64,000 bases of DNA from Octopus bimaculoides (lineage: Eukaryota), in assembly GCF_001194135.2 (NCBI RefSeq), contig NC_068998.1, positions 36,400,768-36,464,767 on the forward strand, in the 5' to 3' direction. The notes under the pieces are model-generated. The model saw nothing but the letters and a program-made list of their open reading frames with translations. It made no database searches and was not told the DNA's origin. A program made the translations under genes and the position numbers. This document shows, piece after piece, positions 1 through 12,099 of the stretch; within the stretch, counting starts at the first letter, position 1; each line of letters opens with the position of its first letter.

Positions 1-11
1 TTATGAATATG

Positions 12-654
12 ATAAAGTCCAGAACAAGAAATTTTTTACTTAAAATATTGCAGCTAAGGATACAATTTCAAATTAAATATTTAGATTAAGAGAATATTAG
101 CTTTTATTAAAATCTAAAATTTTATTACAAGTTATTGCTTCTATTTGATATTACTTGTTACTTCTGTTAAAAATTTAAAAAAAATGCTCAATTAAAATAT
201 TTTTTGCGCTTTAAAGACATTCATTTTTGAATTATTAATTAATAATTAGAAATTTGAAAATAGATTATAAAAATAATAGTTGTACATAATTAGTTAGTAC
301 AATAAATAGAATAATACAAAAATTACTTATATATTACATCAAAATCTACCTATAACAACAAATTCACAGTAAAATTTGCTTTGCCTAAGTTATAGCTAAG
401 TCTTCACGTTTTTAGTCTTCACCCAATGCCTATTTTCTACATAATGTATTTGCCTATCATATATACTATTCTACTTTGCATAAACTTTGGCTCTCATTTT
501 TAAAGTCTATTAGTATGTCAATATTTTAATAAAATGATGGTACCTTTTTTAATTATAAAGTTATTTGTAAATTAAAATCAAATAATTTCTAATATTCAAA
601 TGTTATCCTTAGCTGCAATATCTTAACTAAATTTTTTCTTGTTCTGAACTTTAC
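12..654. mobile_element. AT-rich segment bounded by ~55-bp inverted repeats (probable MITE or DNA-transposon relic, left end cut by window edge)
   Basis: 12-66 (ataaagtccagaacaagaaattttttacttaaaatattgcagctaaggata) matches the reverse complement of ~598-654 (tatccttagctgcaatatcttaactaaattttttcttgttctgaactttac). True termini and TSD are not visible. Confidence 0.5.
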
Positions 655-1489
655 CAGACGTAATAATTTGTCCTGTACTTTTCCAGATTTATAATCTTAA
701 GAATATTATTTGTCTTGTTCGCATTTTTTCCATGTAATCCATGTTTTTTCCAGGCTATGCTATTATGCTAATTAATAATGTATTAAATGTGTCAATTAGC
801 GGTGTCATTGATAATGTTTTTTTCCTTAGCTCAATGATGCCGGTGACGTATATTAAAAGTCCATTGGAACTATATTCATAAAAAAGTACAGATCTACATT
901 ATCACCCTGAAATTTGAGAAACAAACACTCCTAACTTTTTTCTAATAAGACTTAATTGCATGAGATTGATACCATGAAATTCCACAAATTGAACCTTGTC
1001 ATTTAAGCTTAATTAAAATATAGTTCGTTTTTAAAATAAAATATTTAATTATACTTAAATCCAATTTTTTTACCTTACAATATTTTTTCATGATATTTTA
1101 CCTCACACCATTTTTGATACAAATTTTTGTTGCATAGGAACAAAACTATAAAATTCTTCATGCCTTTTTCTATCATTGAAGCCAAGATAAATATATTTTA
1201 CTTTTCAAATAAAAAAAGTTATTTAGATCTAAACTTGATTGGTGGCGTTACTTACTCTCCTATAACATTGCTACAAATTTTGAGGTAAACCTTTTTCTAC
1301 TGGACAAAAATCTAAATGCATTTATGCCAAAATGTAGCTAGGGACAAGTCCTCTTCAAAACTGTTAACAGTTCTGAATTTGGTTTAGAATTGAAATAGTG
1401 ACAAGCTCTGAAATATGATACGTTTGAGTAAATTACTGTCTTAAGAATATTATTCAACTACTGCCTTAGTTGAATAGTATTAATTTCAA

Positions 1490-1683
1490 AGTTTGACACA
1501 ACGCCAGCAATTTTGGGGGAGGAGGTAAGTCGACTACATCGATCTCAGTCTTCAACTGGTACTTATACTATCAACTCCGAAAGTACGAAAAGCAAAGTCG
1601 ACGCCGGCACCATTTGAACTGAGAACGCGAAGTCGGAAGAAGTGTTGCTAAGCATTTTTCCCGGGGCAGTAATAATTCTTGCC

Positions 1684-1687
<4 letters not shown>
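1490..1687 (-). mobile_element. SINE family A (tRNA-like head ggcggcgagctggcagaa; core gtcgactttgcctttcatcctttcggggtcgataaaataagtaccag), diverged copy
   Basis: Reverse complement aligns to the well-preserved copy at 14115-14346. Confidence 0.75.
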
Positions 1688-1724
<37 letters not shown>

Positions 1725-1999
1725 NNNNNNNNNNNNNNNNNNNNNNNNNNNNNNNNNNNNNNNNNNNNNNNNNNNNNNNNNNNNNNNNNNNNNNNNNNNN
1801 NNNNNNNNNNNNNNNNNNNNNNNNNNNNNNNNNNNNNNNNNNNNNNNNNNNNNNNNNNNNNNNNNNNNNNNNNNNNNNNNNNNNNNNNNNNNNNNNNNNN
1901 NNNNNNNNNNNNNNNNNNNNNNNNNNNNNNNNNNNNNNNNNNNTATATATATATATACACGTATATATATACGTATGTATATATACGTATGTATGTATG

Positions 2000-2196
2000 T
2001 GGCTCAAGCCCAGCCATTTCGGGGTAGAAGTTAAGTACATCGCATTGACCCCAGTGATCCAGTGGTAGTCGTTTTATTGACCTCGAAAGAATGAAAAAGA
2101 GTGAAGTCGAATCTCGTGGAATTTGAACTCAGAACTTGAGGACGGACGAAATGTTGTCAAGCTTTTTGCCCAGCGCGATAACAATTCTGTCAGCTA
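2000..2196 (-). mobile_element. SINE family A, diverged copy
   Basis: Motifs gaccccagt, gtcga and ggaatttgaactcagaac are shared with other family A copies. Confidence 0.75.
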
Positions 2197-2206
2197 CTCC
2201 AACCAC

Positions 2207-2220
2207 CACCACCACTACTG

Positions 2221-2268
<48 letters not shown>
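2207..2268. repeat. (CAC)n/(TAC)n microsatellite
   Basis: Seen directly. Confidence 0.95.
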
Positions 2269-2627
2269 GATTACACACGATTTTCTTTCCTACAAAAAGA
2301 AAATCAAAGTCAGTTGAACGAATCACAAAGAAAGGACATTCACAACTTTTAAACGTTAAGACTTCCAGTTGTAACATATAATGTAATTACATTTGTAGCA
2401 TCAAACAATACATGAGTTACTGTTTAGCTTCTGGTCGATTCTCATCGATCAGATCTTTGATTAAAGGCGTTACGGCCATGACTGTCCCGACTCAGGCATA
2501 ATGTAAACATCACTGAATTATTCAATGTATCATTGTTAAGATAGCTGCGTATGATTTCCGGTAAGTTGGTTCCTATTGTTAGGAGATCGAACGACCATGT
2601 AGAATCTTGCTTGATGATTGAAGAACG

Positions 2628-2681
2628 TGTTGTTGTTGTTGTCGTCGTCGTCGTCGTCATTGTCGTCGTCGTTGTTGTTGC

Positions 2682-2724
<43 letters not shown>

Positions 2725-2766
2725 CTTCTTCTTCTTCTTCTTCTTCTTCTTCTTCTNNNNNNNNNN

Positions 2767-2803
<37 letters not shown>

Positions 2804-2837
2804 CTTCTTCTTCTTCTTCTTCTTCTTCTTCTTCTTC
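2628..2837. repeat. Compound (GTT/GTC)n-(CTT)n microsatellite with a 10-N gap
   Basis: Seen directly; it explains the poly-V/L/T/R ORFs at 2442-2882. Confidence 0.95.
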
Positions 2838-2954
2838 CGCAGCCGTCAACTTGGTTGGGTAGATCCATGATGCTTTAGTCATATCAAACTGTATTTCTTA
2901 CAGGTCTAGAAGTTTACGTTACCCTCTGTCCTTTCACTCTTTAAAATAACAATG

Positions 2955-3570
2955 TATGATTTGAGGGAAATAGGCTCTATATTTAGCTACCCGAGTGGCT
3001 GCGCAGAGGCTATGTCTGTGGTGTCGAATTCGAGGAAAATACTGCTATTATATCTTGCTGGCTGTGTGACTACGTAAATTATCTTTCTGTGGTGTGTGAT
3101 GTGAGGGGAATACAGCTGCTATTTTTAGCTGGCTGTGTGACTACGTTGAGGCTCTTTCTTTACTGTGTGATTTGAGAGAAATACAGCTGCTATTTCTGGC
3201 TAGCTGTGTAAGTACGTTGAAACTCTTTCTTTGGCGTGTGACGTGGGGCAAAAACGGTTGTTATCTCTAGACTGGTTGTGCAACTACGTAGGGTCTATTT
3301 TTATGGTGTGTGATGTGAGGGAAATACAGTTACCTTCTCTAGCTAGCTGTGTAATTACGTAAACGTTCTTTCTGTGTTGTGTGGTTCAAGGAATTGCGGT
3401 TACTTAGATGCACTTTCTTTTGTGTGTCAATCGAAAGAAATAGCGCTGCTATTTCTAGCTGGTTGTGTGACTACCTAGGATCTGTTTCTTTGGCGTGTGA
3501 TTCGCGGTGAATACAGCTGCTATTTCTAGCTAGCCGAGTGACAACATAGATTTCCTTTCTGTGGTGTCAT
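2955..3570. repeat. Minisatellite, ~71-bp unit, ~9 diverged copies
   Basis: Anchor aatacagctgctatt recurs at about 3109, 3180, 3251, 3323, 3392, 3439 (short unit) and 3510. Confidence 0.85.
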
Positions 3571-4377
3571 AATTGGTATGATCAATGATGTATACTGATT
3601 TCTAACACAGGGTCAAACGTAGGGACAAAGCCGCAAATGTGGATAAAGAAAATAGTCGATTAAACCAACTCTAATACTTGATTATTATTTATTTTATTGA
3701 CCATTGAAGGATAAAAGGTAATATTGGTCTCAGCTGGAATTGAAACAAGAACATAAAAATAAAGAGTCACAAATAAATTCAGCAACGAATTTGGTTTGCT
3801 ACTCTATCATTTCTTTAGATGCATAATGTTACATAATATCATATGTAAGCTAAAAATATATGCGATGCGTTGATGCTTATTTTGACGTTATTTTCATGCA
3901 GTCTTATCTCCATTCAAGAGCTGAAGTATTTTGTAAACGAGATGTCTTCACATAGGCGCTAATTACATATACCCCGCATACTGAGTTGACTTATCTATGT
4001 ATGTTCTTCTGGTTTTATTCGTCAATTTTTTTCTCTAATTGAGGAAGAAACAGTTTCCGACCAAAGATCGAGGTTCTTTGGGTAGAATTTAAAGAACTTC
4101 AACTAGATAATCATATATGAATGTAAGTTTGTGTGTTTGTATCGACACGCGTAAGCATCACCGCGCATATGTGTGAATGTACGTTTGCAGGCTATTGTGT
4201 AGGTGAGTGAATGCGTGAATTTCTGTTTTCACTTCTGTATATGCACACACACACACACACACACACGCACCACAACCCCCCCCCCACACACACACATACA
4301 CAGAGGCACAGATATGTATGTATATGTTTATACTACATCATAAAAAAGGGCGTCTAAAATGGATAGTGAAGTTCGAA

Positions 4378-4449
4378 GGATTGCTTTGGTACAATGATAG
4401 AAAGTCTGCCATGTTTACAGAGGATGTGGGTTCGAGTCCCATGAGTGAT
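4378..4449 (+). pseudogene. tRNA-derived relic (tRNA pseudogene or SINE head)
   Basis: A-box-like tggtacaatgatag, B-box ggttcgagtcc (4429-4439), T-arm gtggg/cccat and a wobble-rich acceptor stem. The anticodon loop is non-canonical and 2 extra nt follow the T-arm. Confidence 0.55.
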
Positions 4450-5141
4450 CTTCACTACCGGACGTCTGTCACTGAGGAGGCTAAGCAGGGCAAAATTATG
4501 TGATCTTGCAATTCTGGCTATCATAGCTGAAGTTTACCTCTGTTAACGATATAAGTGCGAACTACTTCTTATGCATCACCTGTCCATATGAGACATCTTT
4601 TCAAGGCAAATAATAAAGAATTCTGCTTTCTAACACAATTTTCATGTTAAGTTGGAGATAAAGGTATTGCATGCGCGCGCATGTGTGTGTGTTAGTCTGT
4701 GTATGTATGTATGAGTGCGTAATTGTGGGTAACGTAGTGTATTATGTGAAACGTGTGACAGATAGAGGGTTAATCTAAACGTAGATCAGTAAGAACTGAA
4801 ACAATTAAAATACAACAAAATAAATAAGTCAAGATTACATCATATTCTCTTGGCTTCTCGGACTATGTGAATAATTTATAAGACTGTACAGCAACATATA
4901 TATATATATATATATATATGTGTATATATATATATATATATGTGTATNNNNNNNNNNNNNNNNNNNNNNNNNNNNNNNNNNNNNNNNNNNNNNNNNNNNN
5001 NNNNNNNNNNNNNNNNNNNNNNNNNNNNNNNNNNNNNNNNNNNNNNNNNNNNNNNNNNNNNNNNNNNNNNNNNNNNNNNNNNNNNNNNNNNNNNNNNNNN
5101 NNNNNNNNNNNNNNNNNNNNNNNNNNNNNNNNNNNNNNNNN

Positions 5142-5446
5142 ATTCAATATTTCGGGGTCATGACCCCATTTTCAAGAAATTCACGAATGTTGTCAATGTG
5201 CGTGTGTGTGAGCATGTGTGGAATGGACATGCGCATAAGTGTGTTTCTATAGCAACCAGCTAGCTTCCTGTAACTCCCTTCTATTATTGATCTTGGGTTT
5301 CTTTCGGGAGTTACAGGAAGCTAGCTGGTTGCAATAGCAACACCCTTCTGCGCATGTCCACTCCACACATGCTCACACACACGTACATCGGCAAAAATTC
5401 GTCAATTTCTTGAAAATGGGGTCATAACCCCGAAATATTGAATATA
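5142..5446. mobile_element. Fold-back MITE-like element: ~137-bp inverted arms, 27-bp spacer
   Basis: 5142-5278 is a near-perfect reverse complement of 5306-5443. The left terminus abuts an N gap after a (TA)n tract; the right end finishes ...gaatata. Confidence 0.85.
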
Positions 5447-5529
5447 AGGTAAGTCTACATTAATTCACATATTTGTTTTCTTGTGATTTACCTTGCATTT
5501 ACTTCGCATTGTTTTAGCCTTACCTACGA

Positions 5530-5586
<57 letters not shown>

Positions 5587-6105
5587 TTGTATATTTATTA
5601 TTTATACATATGTGTGTGTGTGTGTGTATGTGTGTGTGTGTGTGTGTATGTATGCATGACGGTTAAGACATTGTTGCAACTGTAATTATTCTGAAAAATT
5701 AATCTTCGCTAATTTGAAAGAGACGGCAATCATTACGGCAATCCGGACGCCATTGTTGTGTGGTAGACTTTCTTAAATCAATGAACATGTCGGCGCAGAT
5801 AAATTACTTCCATTCCCTTCTTGTTAATTACACTCCACTCTATCTTATCGCTCTGTACGAATACCCACACTCATACACTCTCCCACTCACACTCATACAC
5901 ACACTCACGCACCGTTTCGCAGGTACACAAATACAGATATAAGTGAAATAGCTGGGGTTTTCATTATTTAAAAACAGCGAGGAAATAAGTAAGGTAGAGT
6001 AAAAATTTATTTTATAAGTAATCTCACGTCTGGCTGCATGGTTAGAAGTTTGCTTCCAAAGCTCATGGTTTCGGGTTCGATCTCGCTGTCTGACATCTTG
6101 AGCTT

Positions 6106-6141
<36 letters not shown>

Positions 6142-6532
6142 CAGCCTCGAAGCCGTCTTCCGGGCGGCATTGAAGCTAGCTCCTGCGGAGTGCGCCTTTG
6201 CGGCTTTCGGGATCCATGTTCCTTTATTTATTTTTTTTCATTTTATTCTCACTGTAGTAATTAATTCACTTCATATTTTTAGACTTGAACCTCCGTTCGT
6301 ACTAAGCAAGTGAAATGTATAACCGTCATGCCTATCATCATTTTTCCATTACTTCGCCATTTCCCACCAAAATATTAAAATGAGATTGAGATAAAATGAA
6401 TAGGATCCATTTCCTCTCAATCTCATTGTATCTTTTATGGCAAATCTTCAGGAGGATATTGTAACCGGAAAAGGAAAATTAGTTTTCCACCTAGACATAA
6501 GTTTTATAAACTACAAAATATAAATATTCACA

Positions 6533-7003
6533 CTAGCACACTTGAAACGTGCCTGTTACAAATCTTTATCTCGATTTGAATGTACGTGATGGTATTTAGA
6601 ATGCCCAAACTTAACTCTGCAAATGTGCTAAACACTGATGCTGATCATAGTTTAATCAATAAGCGTAGGAGTGAGGTAAATGCATTAGAAATAGGGGCTC
6701 AGTGGGGCCTCATTTAAGCGGCCCTTAAGAAATTGAATCTCCTTACGATACTCCCTGAGAGTTCATGTTATGAAATTCATTGTCATTGCTCCGATTTGGT
6801 CACCAATACCATTTATTTAGTTTAAAATGCAGTAAAAATAAGGGGGTGGGTTAGTGGGGCCACAATTAAGGCCTTTGGATATTTCTCGGGATTGGGGGAG
6901 TTGCTGGTTTGAGTTTCGTTGTCCTTGTACCAACGGCCTAGGAGGAGTTAAAGAACATAAAAACGTAACGGACAGAGAAACATCACTCAAATTTATTTAA
7001 AGA
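6533..7003 (-). mobile_element. Candidate non-autonomous Helitron-like element
   Basis: On the minus strand: A|TC start at 7003, CTAG|T end at 6533, small hairpin (gcac...gtgc) beside the CTAG; no transposase. Confidence 0.3.
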
Positions 7004-7089
7004 TATATATATGTGTGTGTGTATGTGCGTGTGTGTGTGTGTGTGTGTGTGTCTGCACGCGTGTGTATGTGTGCGTGTGTGTGCGTGTG

Positions 7090-7325
7090 TGTTACCACCT
7101 ACCAATGCTTGACAACAATAGGGAGGTCAGTGGGACCTCACTTAGGAGGCCCTTTTTTGTTGATAGATTGTCTACTTAGCAGTTCAGCATAAAGACCGCG
7201 ACAAAATAAGTACCAGACTGTAAAATGAAACACTAAGTACTGGTGTCGATTCGTTTGACTAGAATCCTTCAAGCAGTGCCCTAGCATGGCCGCAGCCCAA
7301 TGACTGAAGCAAGTAAAAAATAAAA
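7090..7325 (+). mobile_element. SINE family B, 3' half (tail ...ccagcatggccgcag..tgactgaaacaagtaaaa)
   Basis: Follows (TG)n; aligns to the copies at 30240-30420 and 37940-38145. Confidence 0.75.
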
Positions 7326-7511
7326 TATAAATGATAAATATCGAGCATGGTTATCAAATGTCACGAATCGTTGCTGTAACGCTTAGGAATCGCTGCATAG
7401 ACAGATGCAAATTATTAGTAATAGGTGGCGGCGCACTAATCCAAAAGCTGGGTAGATTGACACATAACTCACCGGATTATAGATGAAATGAATATGTACC
7501 ACGGAGTGAGG

Positions 7512-7709
7512 CAGCAAACCAGCAGAATCATTACCGCGCAGGGAAAGTGTCTAGAAACATTACGTTCTTAAGTTCAAATTCCGTCGAGGTCGACTTTGCT
7601 CTTCATCCTTTTGGGGTCGATAAAATAAGTACCAGTTGGATACTGGGGTCGTTGTAATCGACTTATCCCCTACCCCGAAATTGCTGGTCTTGCGCCAAAA
7701 TTTGAAACC
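7512..7709 (+). mobile_element. SINE family A
   Basis: ttcaaattccgtcgaggtcgactttgctcttcatccttttggggtcgataaaataagtaccag core. Confidence 0.85.
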
Positions 7710-7924
7710 TATATATATCAAGATGGCGGGAGGGAAGAAAAATCTGAATATCGATTCAGATTTAGATCAATAACTGCATGAGTAAATGTCAAAGTGTACG
7801 TCAAGAATATCTAATGTAGGTGTGGTGTATGCATTATCTGGAAAGTTCGAAACAGATAGGAAAACTGAAGCCTCTAAAATTCGAAATATTACACAAGGCA
7901 GCTTTTATTAGTAGCAGACACAAT

Positions 7925-8130
7925 AATGATTTCAAATTTTCCTATAAGGCCAACAATTTTAACGGAAAATCCCAGACAATTACACCGATCCCAGTGCTCA
8001 GCTGGGGCTTGTTATCGAACCCAAAAGAATGAAAAGCAAAGCTTTTTATCGGAAATGGGACTCAGAACGTATATACCCGGGAAAATACTGTTAAGTATTT
8101 TGTCCGGCACGCTAATTATTCTGCCAGTTA
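7925..8130 (-). mobile_element. SINE family A, diverged
   Basis: Reverse-complement match to the family A core and head. Confidence 0.7.
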
Positions 8131-8429
8131 TCCGTTTTAGTATTGGAGAAAATAATGTAATAAAAAAATATATATGATGTGCTACAGAGTTAATTTTGAT
8201 TGGAATTCTATCGATATCATTGAAAATTTGTGTTTACGATATTATGATGCAGAAAGGAGTTATGCGCATCAAAGAAAACCGGAAATTTTACAAAGAATTT
8301 TCTTAAAGATATAAAAGGTTGGATAAACTACAAGCTTTTGAGAAACTAATCATATTAAATGTGAAATACAAATGTTCTTGTTTAGCAAAGAACATAACCA
8401 ATCACAACGTAATACAATGACCTGAAAAT

Positions 8430-9036
8430 AACGGTTTTAAATTTAGGCAGTGTTAGAAATTGTTACATCGACTCCAGCACATGTTTTATATCGATTCTGG
8501 AAGGATGAAGTCAAGGTTGAACTCTGAGAATTTGAACTAACAAAGTAAAAATCAGGAACAAATGCCGTTAAGAAGTTTGTCCGACACGCTAACGATTCTG
8601 CTCGTTCACCGCCTAAGTAGCGGACAAAATAATGCTTTTTTTGATATAGTCGAAAGGCCTGAAATTTTGTGCGAGGGGTATTGTCGATTGCATCGACCCC
8701 AGTCGGAACTTATTTTATCGACAGTGAAAAAGACGGACGGTAAAGTGGTCCTCGGTGGAACTAGGACTCAGAACGCAAAGAGCCGGAAGAAATGCCATTA
8801 AGAATTTTTGTCCGACGTGCTAACGATTCTTATTTCTTTATTACCCACAAGGGGCTAAACATAGAGGGAACAAACAAGGACAGACAAAGGGATTAAGTCG
8901 ATTACATCGACCCCAGTGCGTAATTGGTACTTAATTTATCGACTTCGGCAAAATTTGAACTCAGAACGTAACGACAGACGAAATACCGCTAAGCATTTCG
9001 TCCGGCGTGCTAATGATTCTGCCAGCTCACCGTCTT
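8430..9036 (-). mobile_element. Three head-to-tail SINE family A copies
   Basis: gaactcagaac/gtccg(a/g)c/aacgattct motifs repeat three times; 17-bp direct repeat agtagcggacaaaataa at 8616-8632 and 9037-9053. Confidence 0.85.
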
Positions 9037-9059
9037 AGTAGCGGACAAAATAAAACCAA

Positions 9060-9630
9060 CACATTCTACTAAAAATGACATTTCCTACATCAAAGAAACT
9101 GCCTCTCTCAAAACGACGGGCTAAGATGTGGCCACACATGAAACCGACTTGCATACAAGAACTAAATGCTCCGCATGCAAAAATCATGACAGTATCCCCC
9201 AACCAGCTCTTGGCATCGTGGAGCCACTGACTGGCCCCTCACCCGATGACGCTCCGGATGCCGTAACTCAATGTAATCGAATCAAAAGACCTAAGATTCA
9301 AATGTTGTTGGGTGTCACATGATCACACGCTTCTCCCAGGCCTTGCCGAATATGACTCACTCCTCCATCACTTCAGGTGTACTAAATGCACCAACTTGAG
9401 CTGTACAGTACTGATCCCCATTGATCCCACAGAGTTTTTGTTGGCGTTGTCTCGTACATAGTGGACCACTCTGCAATCCCCGAGGACACTTGACCAAGGA
9501 GAATTTTCTTTTCTCTTTGTCACGAATGAAATATCTCTATCAGAAGCCTCTGGCACTTTCACGAAACTGAGCGCGAAGGATCGGTGGCGTTCATGAAGCT
9601 GGGATGCCGAGTAACTTTACATTTGGTTGT
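9060..9630 (-). mobile_element. GC-richer decayed segment, possibly the 3' end of an L1/Tx1-type LINE
   Basis: Composition differs from the flanks; broken minus-strand frames only weakly resemble the ORF2 C-terminus at 23483-23700. Confidence 0.25.
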
Positions 9631-10980
9631 CCATTTATTGCTCACTATTGTGTTCACAAATATCCACCACATCATGTATATACATATACATACATCATAC
9701 ATACATACGCCATTCAGTTGAAACTAACACTTCTCATATTATGTGTGCTTCATTTCATGAAAATCCAAGTGCAACAATGATCATATGCTGTTGTTCCATA
9801 AATATAACAAAGGAATACGGGTTTCTATTTTCTCACAACTTCACCATTGTTACTTAAGCAGTTCTCAAACAGCATGAAAATTATTGGCGGTGATACGAAT
9901 GCGAAAATTGAGCTAAAAGATGCAAATCTTACATCAATTTACCAATCAAAATTGCGAATATGTCCATGACTTTCAAAAGGAATGTAATTAATTTGAATTA
10001 ACAATGCACAAAGAGAAAAGATTAGCTGTAGATGCTCTCATCCTCATCTAATACTATGGCACAACTGGATCCCAATCTAGTCAACTAAAAATGGGAAAAT
10101 AGTGTTATGAATGCAAAGCTTCAACTACCTATTTTACTGTCAATTCTCACAATCGAATTGTGATGGGAAAATTTAGGCTGCAATAGAGAGTAAATAAGAA
10201 CTTAAGTAAAAATTGAATATGTTATGACTGGAAGAAGCTGCGAGAAATTCATAAGCAGCTGATGTCGAAAATCGATTCGAAGTATTACAGCTTTTAGTTG
10301 ATGTCAAAATTACGAATTCCATTAACAATAACATCATAAATTCTAATGAAAATGCAGCAGAAGCAAATATTCCAAGCGTAGAAAAAAATAGTATGTCATG
10401 GGAATGTAAAATGATAAATTATGAAGAGAGAAGAACAGGTAGAAGTGCATAGTGCTACATCTAAAATAACTCAAAAGAGCTATGGAATGAACAGGGCCAT
10501 CACTAAGCCCCTGCGGTAGCAGGGAGCCTCCGCGGTTCAGAGGCTCCATGTTAAGATCAAAATACATAGATGAGCTATCTATTTACTTTGGTTAAGATGT
10601 TAACTAAAAATTTCAAGCCAGAGGAGTAAAAAAATGCGTGAGTGTACTGTAAATAAATTTCAAAGAAACGAGAAAAGTAAATGAAAAATGCTTGTAAACG
10701 AATTCCTTAGGGAGATAAAAGGAAAACGAAAGAAATCGAAAACAATGAAAATAAGAACAACTTCAACACAAAAGACAAGAAAACGAAGCAATGGTGATGA
10801 AAGGTGGGGGTTGTATACTTATACATACATACAGACATACACACACAGGCATACGTACACACATTTATACATACTTATAGATATATACGACTGGCTTTTA
10901 TCTGTTTCGTTTACCAAGTTCATTCGCAAGGCTTTAGTCAGCTCAGAGAGAGAAAGTGAGAAAGAGAGAGAGAGAGAGAG

Positions 10981-11026
<46 letters not shown>

Positions 11027-12099
11027 NNNNNNNNNNNNNNNNNNNNNNNNNNNNNNNNNNNNNNNNNNNNNNNNNNNNNNNNNNNNNNNNNNNNNNNNNN
11101 NNNNNNNNNNNNNNNNNNNNNNNNNNNNNNNNNNNNNNNNNNNNNNNNNNNNNNNNNNNNNNNNNNNNNNNNNNNNNNNNNNNNNNNNNNNNNNNNNNNN
11201 NNNNNNNNNNNNNNNNNNNNNNNNNTATATATATATATATATATGGCGTTGTTATTTGATGTTGAAAAGCTGGTCACTTTGTACACAGAATAGTGGCCTT
11301 TGACCACCTAAGGCAATAAAAACTGGAGACAAAATTCTTTCTGTACCAAAAACAATGCGAACACGCGCACACACACAGACACGCACAGAAGTTTGTGTGT
11401 GTGTATGTATGTGTCTATCTATGTACATATATAGGGATACAGATATTGCGTTCTCACAGTCACCAAACCTCTCAGTTCTTCAGTTGTAACTAGTTTGTGA
11501 TCGAGGCATTTCATTTCGCAAGGTACTATTTTTCCTTAAATTTGTGATTTCAGAGAACGGTAAGAAATTCTTCATATTTTGCATCTTTGGCATTTTGACT
11601 TTACAGTTTGAATTGTAGTATTGTCTCTCCAGTCGTAAATATTGCAACAGCTAACAGTGAGATATAGAATTTAAAAAAGTCATTTCCGACTGTAATCAAG
11701 TATTTGAGAACATTCACGTCTATCTTTCAAAAATATATAATTTGAAATAGTTTGCTTTTGTTTTGGACTGCAATTTTTTAGTATTTTAATATTCTTGAAT
11801 AAACGTCTTTGCATACAAAAGCTGAGACAACTATACTTCACAGTTGCTATTTTGAAATGCTTGTCTTCTGATATTTGTGAGTTCATTGAATAAATATTTA
11901 ACTCTATTAAATATTGACCTTCCTAAACATGAAATAATGCGATAATTCCAGCGAAAATAAATTTAACTTGTTGTACTTTTAAAGATGTTCTTTAGGATAA
12001 CGTGAAATATTGAACTTCAGATAGAATAAAGTAAAATGTAGCTATGAATAAAAGGTGCGTAGATTATGAATTTTGATTGAAGAGATGGAGCCTCGAAAC

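Noticed and set aside
4378-4449. Functional tRNA gene
   Set aside because: Anticodon loop lacks U33, the stem is mismatched and extra bases follow the T-arm; kept only as a relic.
11554-11559. 6-nt microexon pattern (tttcAG|AGAACG|GTAAGA)
   Set aside because: No host gene context, and such motifs can occur by chance in 64 kb; needs junction reads.
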